Assembly (NCBI RefSeq): GCF_964355755.1
Contig: NC_092679.1
Span: forward strand, 4,432,201 to 4,496,200
Reading direction: 5' to 3'
DNA length: 64,000 nucleotides
Source: Antedon mediterranea
Taxonomy: Eukaryota > Animalia > Echinodermata
Below the pieces are notes generated by a model. That model saw only the letters and a program-made list of their open reading frames with translations. It ran no database searches and was not told the DNA's origin. Position numbers and translations under genes: made by a program. Within the stretch, counting starts at the first letter, position 1. Every line of letters starts with the position of its first letter. Shown one piece after another: positions 63,925 through 64,000 of this stretch.

Positions 63925-64000
63925 AATAATATTACACTGTACTCCACTATCTCAACAACAGACCGAAAAACGAAACAAAGTAAAGTTTAAATGGAAGGCG

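Overview
AT-rich eukaryotic, most likely invertebrate deuterostome, genomic DNA. The taxon is inferred from gene structure and repeat types only. Bases 1-25,643 are one complex satellite: a TCAATCGCCTAAG core plus (TCAG)n, punctuated by dozens of 44-bp inserts and arranged in irregular kb-scale higher-order repeats. It abuts a 5'-truncated L2/CR1-group LINE with a (TCAA)n-like tail. The array's parts (core, spacer, insert) can all be traced to two LINE 3' ends at its right edge, which suggests a retroelement-born satellite. The only intact gene is a two-exon TIS11/ZFP36 (tristetraprolin-family) gene, CDS 31053-31100 + 33064-34299, about 427 aa. It carries an unusual third CCCH finger, a C-terminal extension after the CNOT1-binding motif, and an ARE-rich 3' UTR. 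Downstream (36-51 kb) is a CpG-rich non-coding domain with six perfect CRE palindromes and repeated paired ACGCGCGCGT boxes. It gives way near 51 kb to CpG-poor DNA. Scattered throughout are MITEs (IS3EU-like, Kolobok-like, Tc1/pogo-like), LINE 3' ends, a DIRS fragment, a SINE head and minisatellites. All ORFs within the satellite, and nearly all other short ORFs, are spurious.
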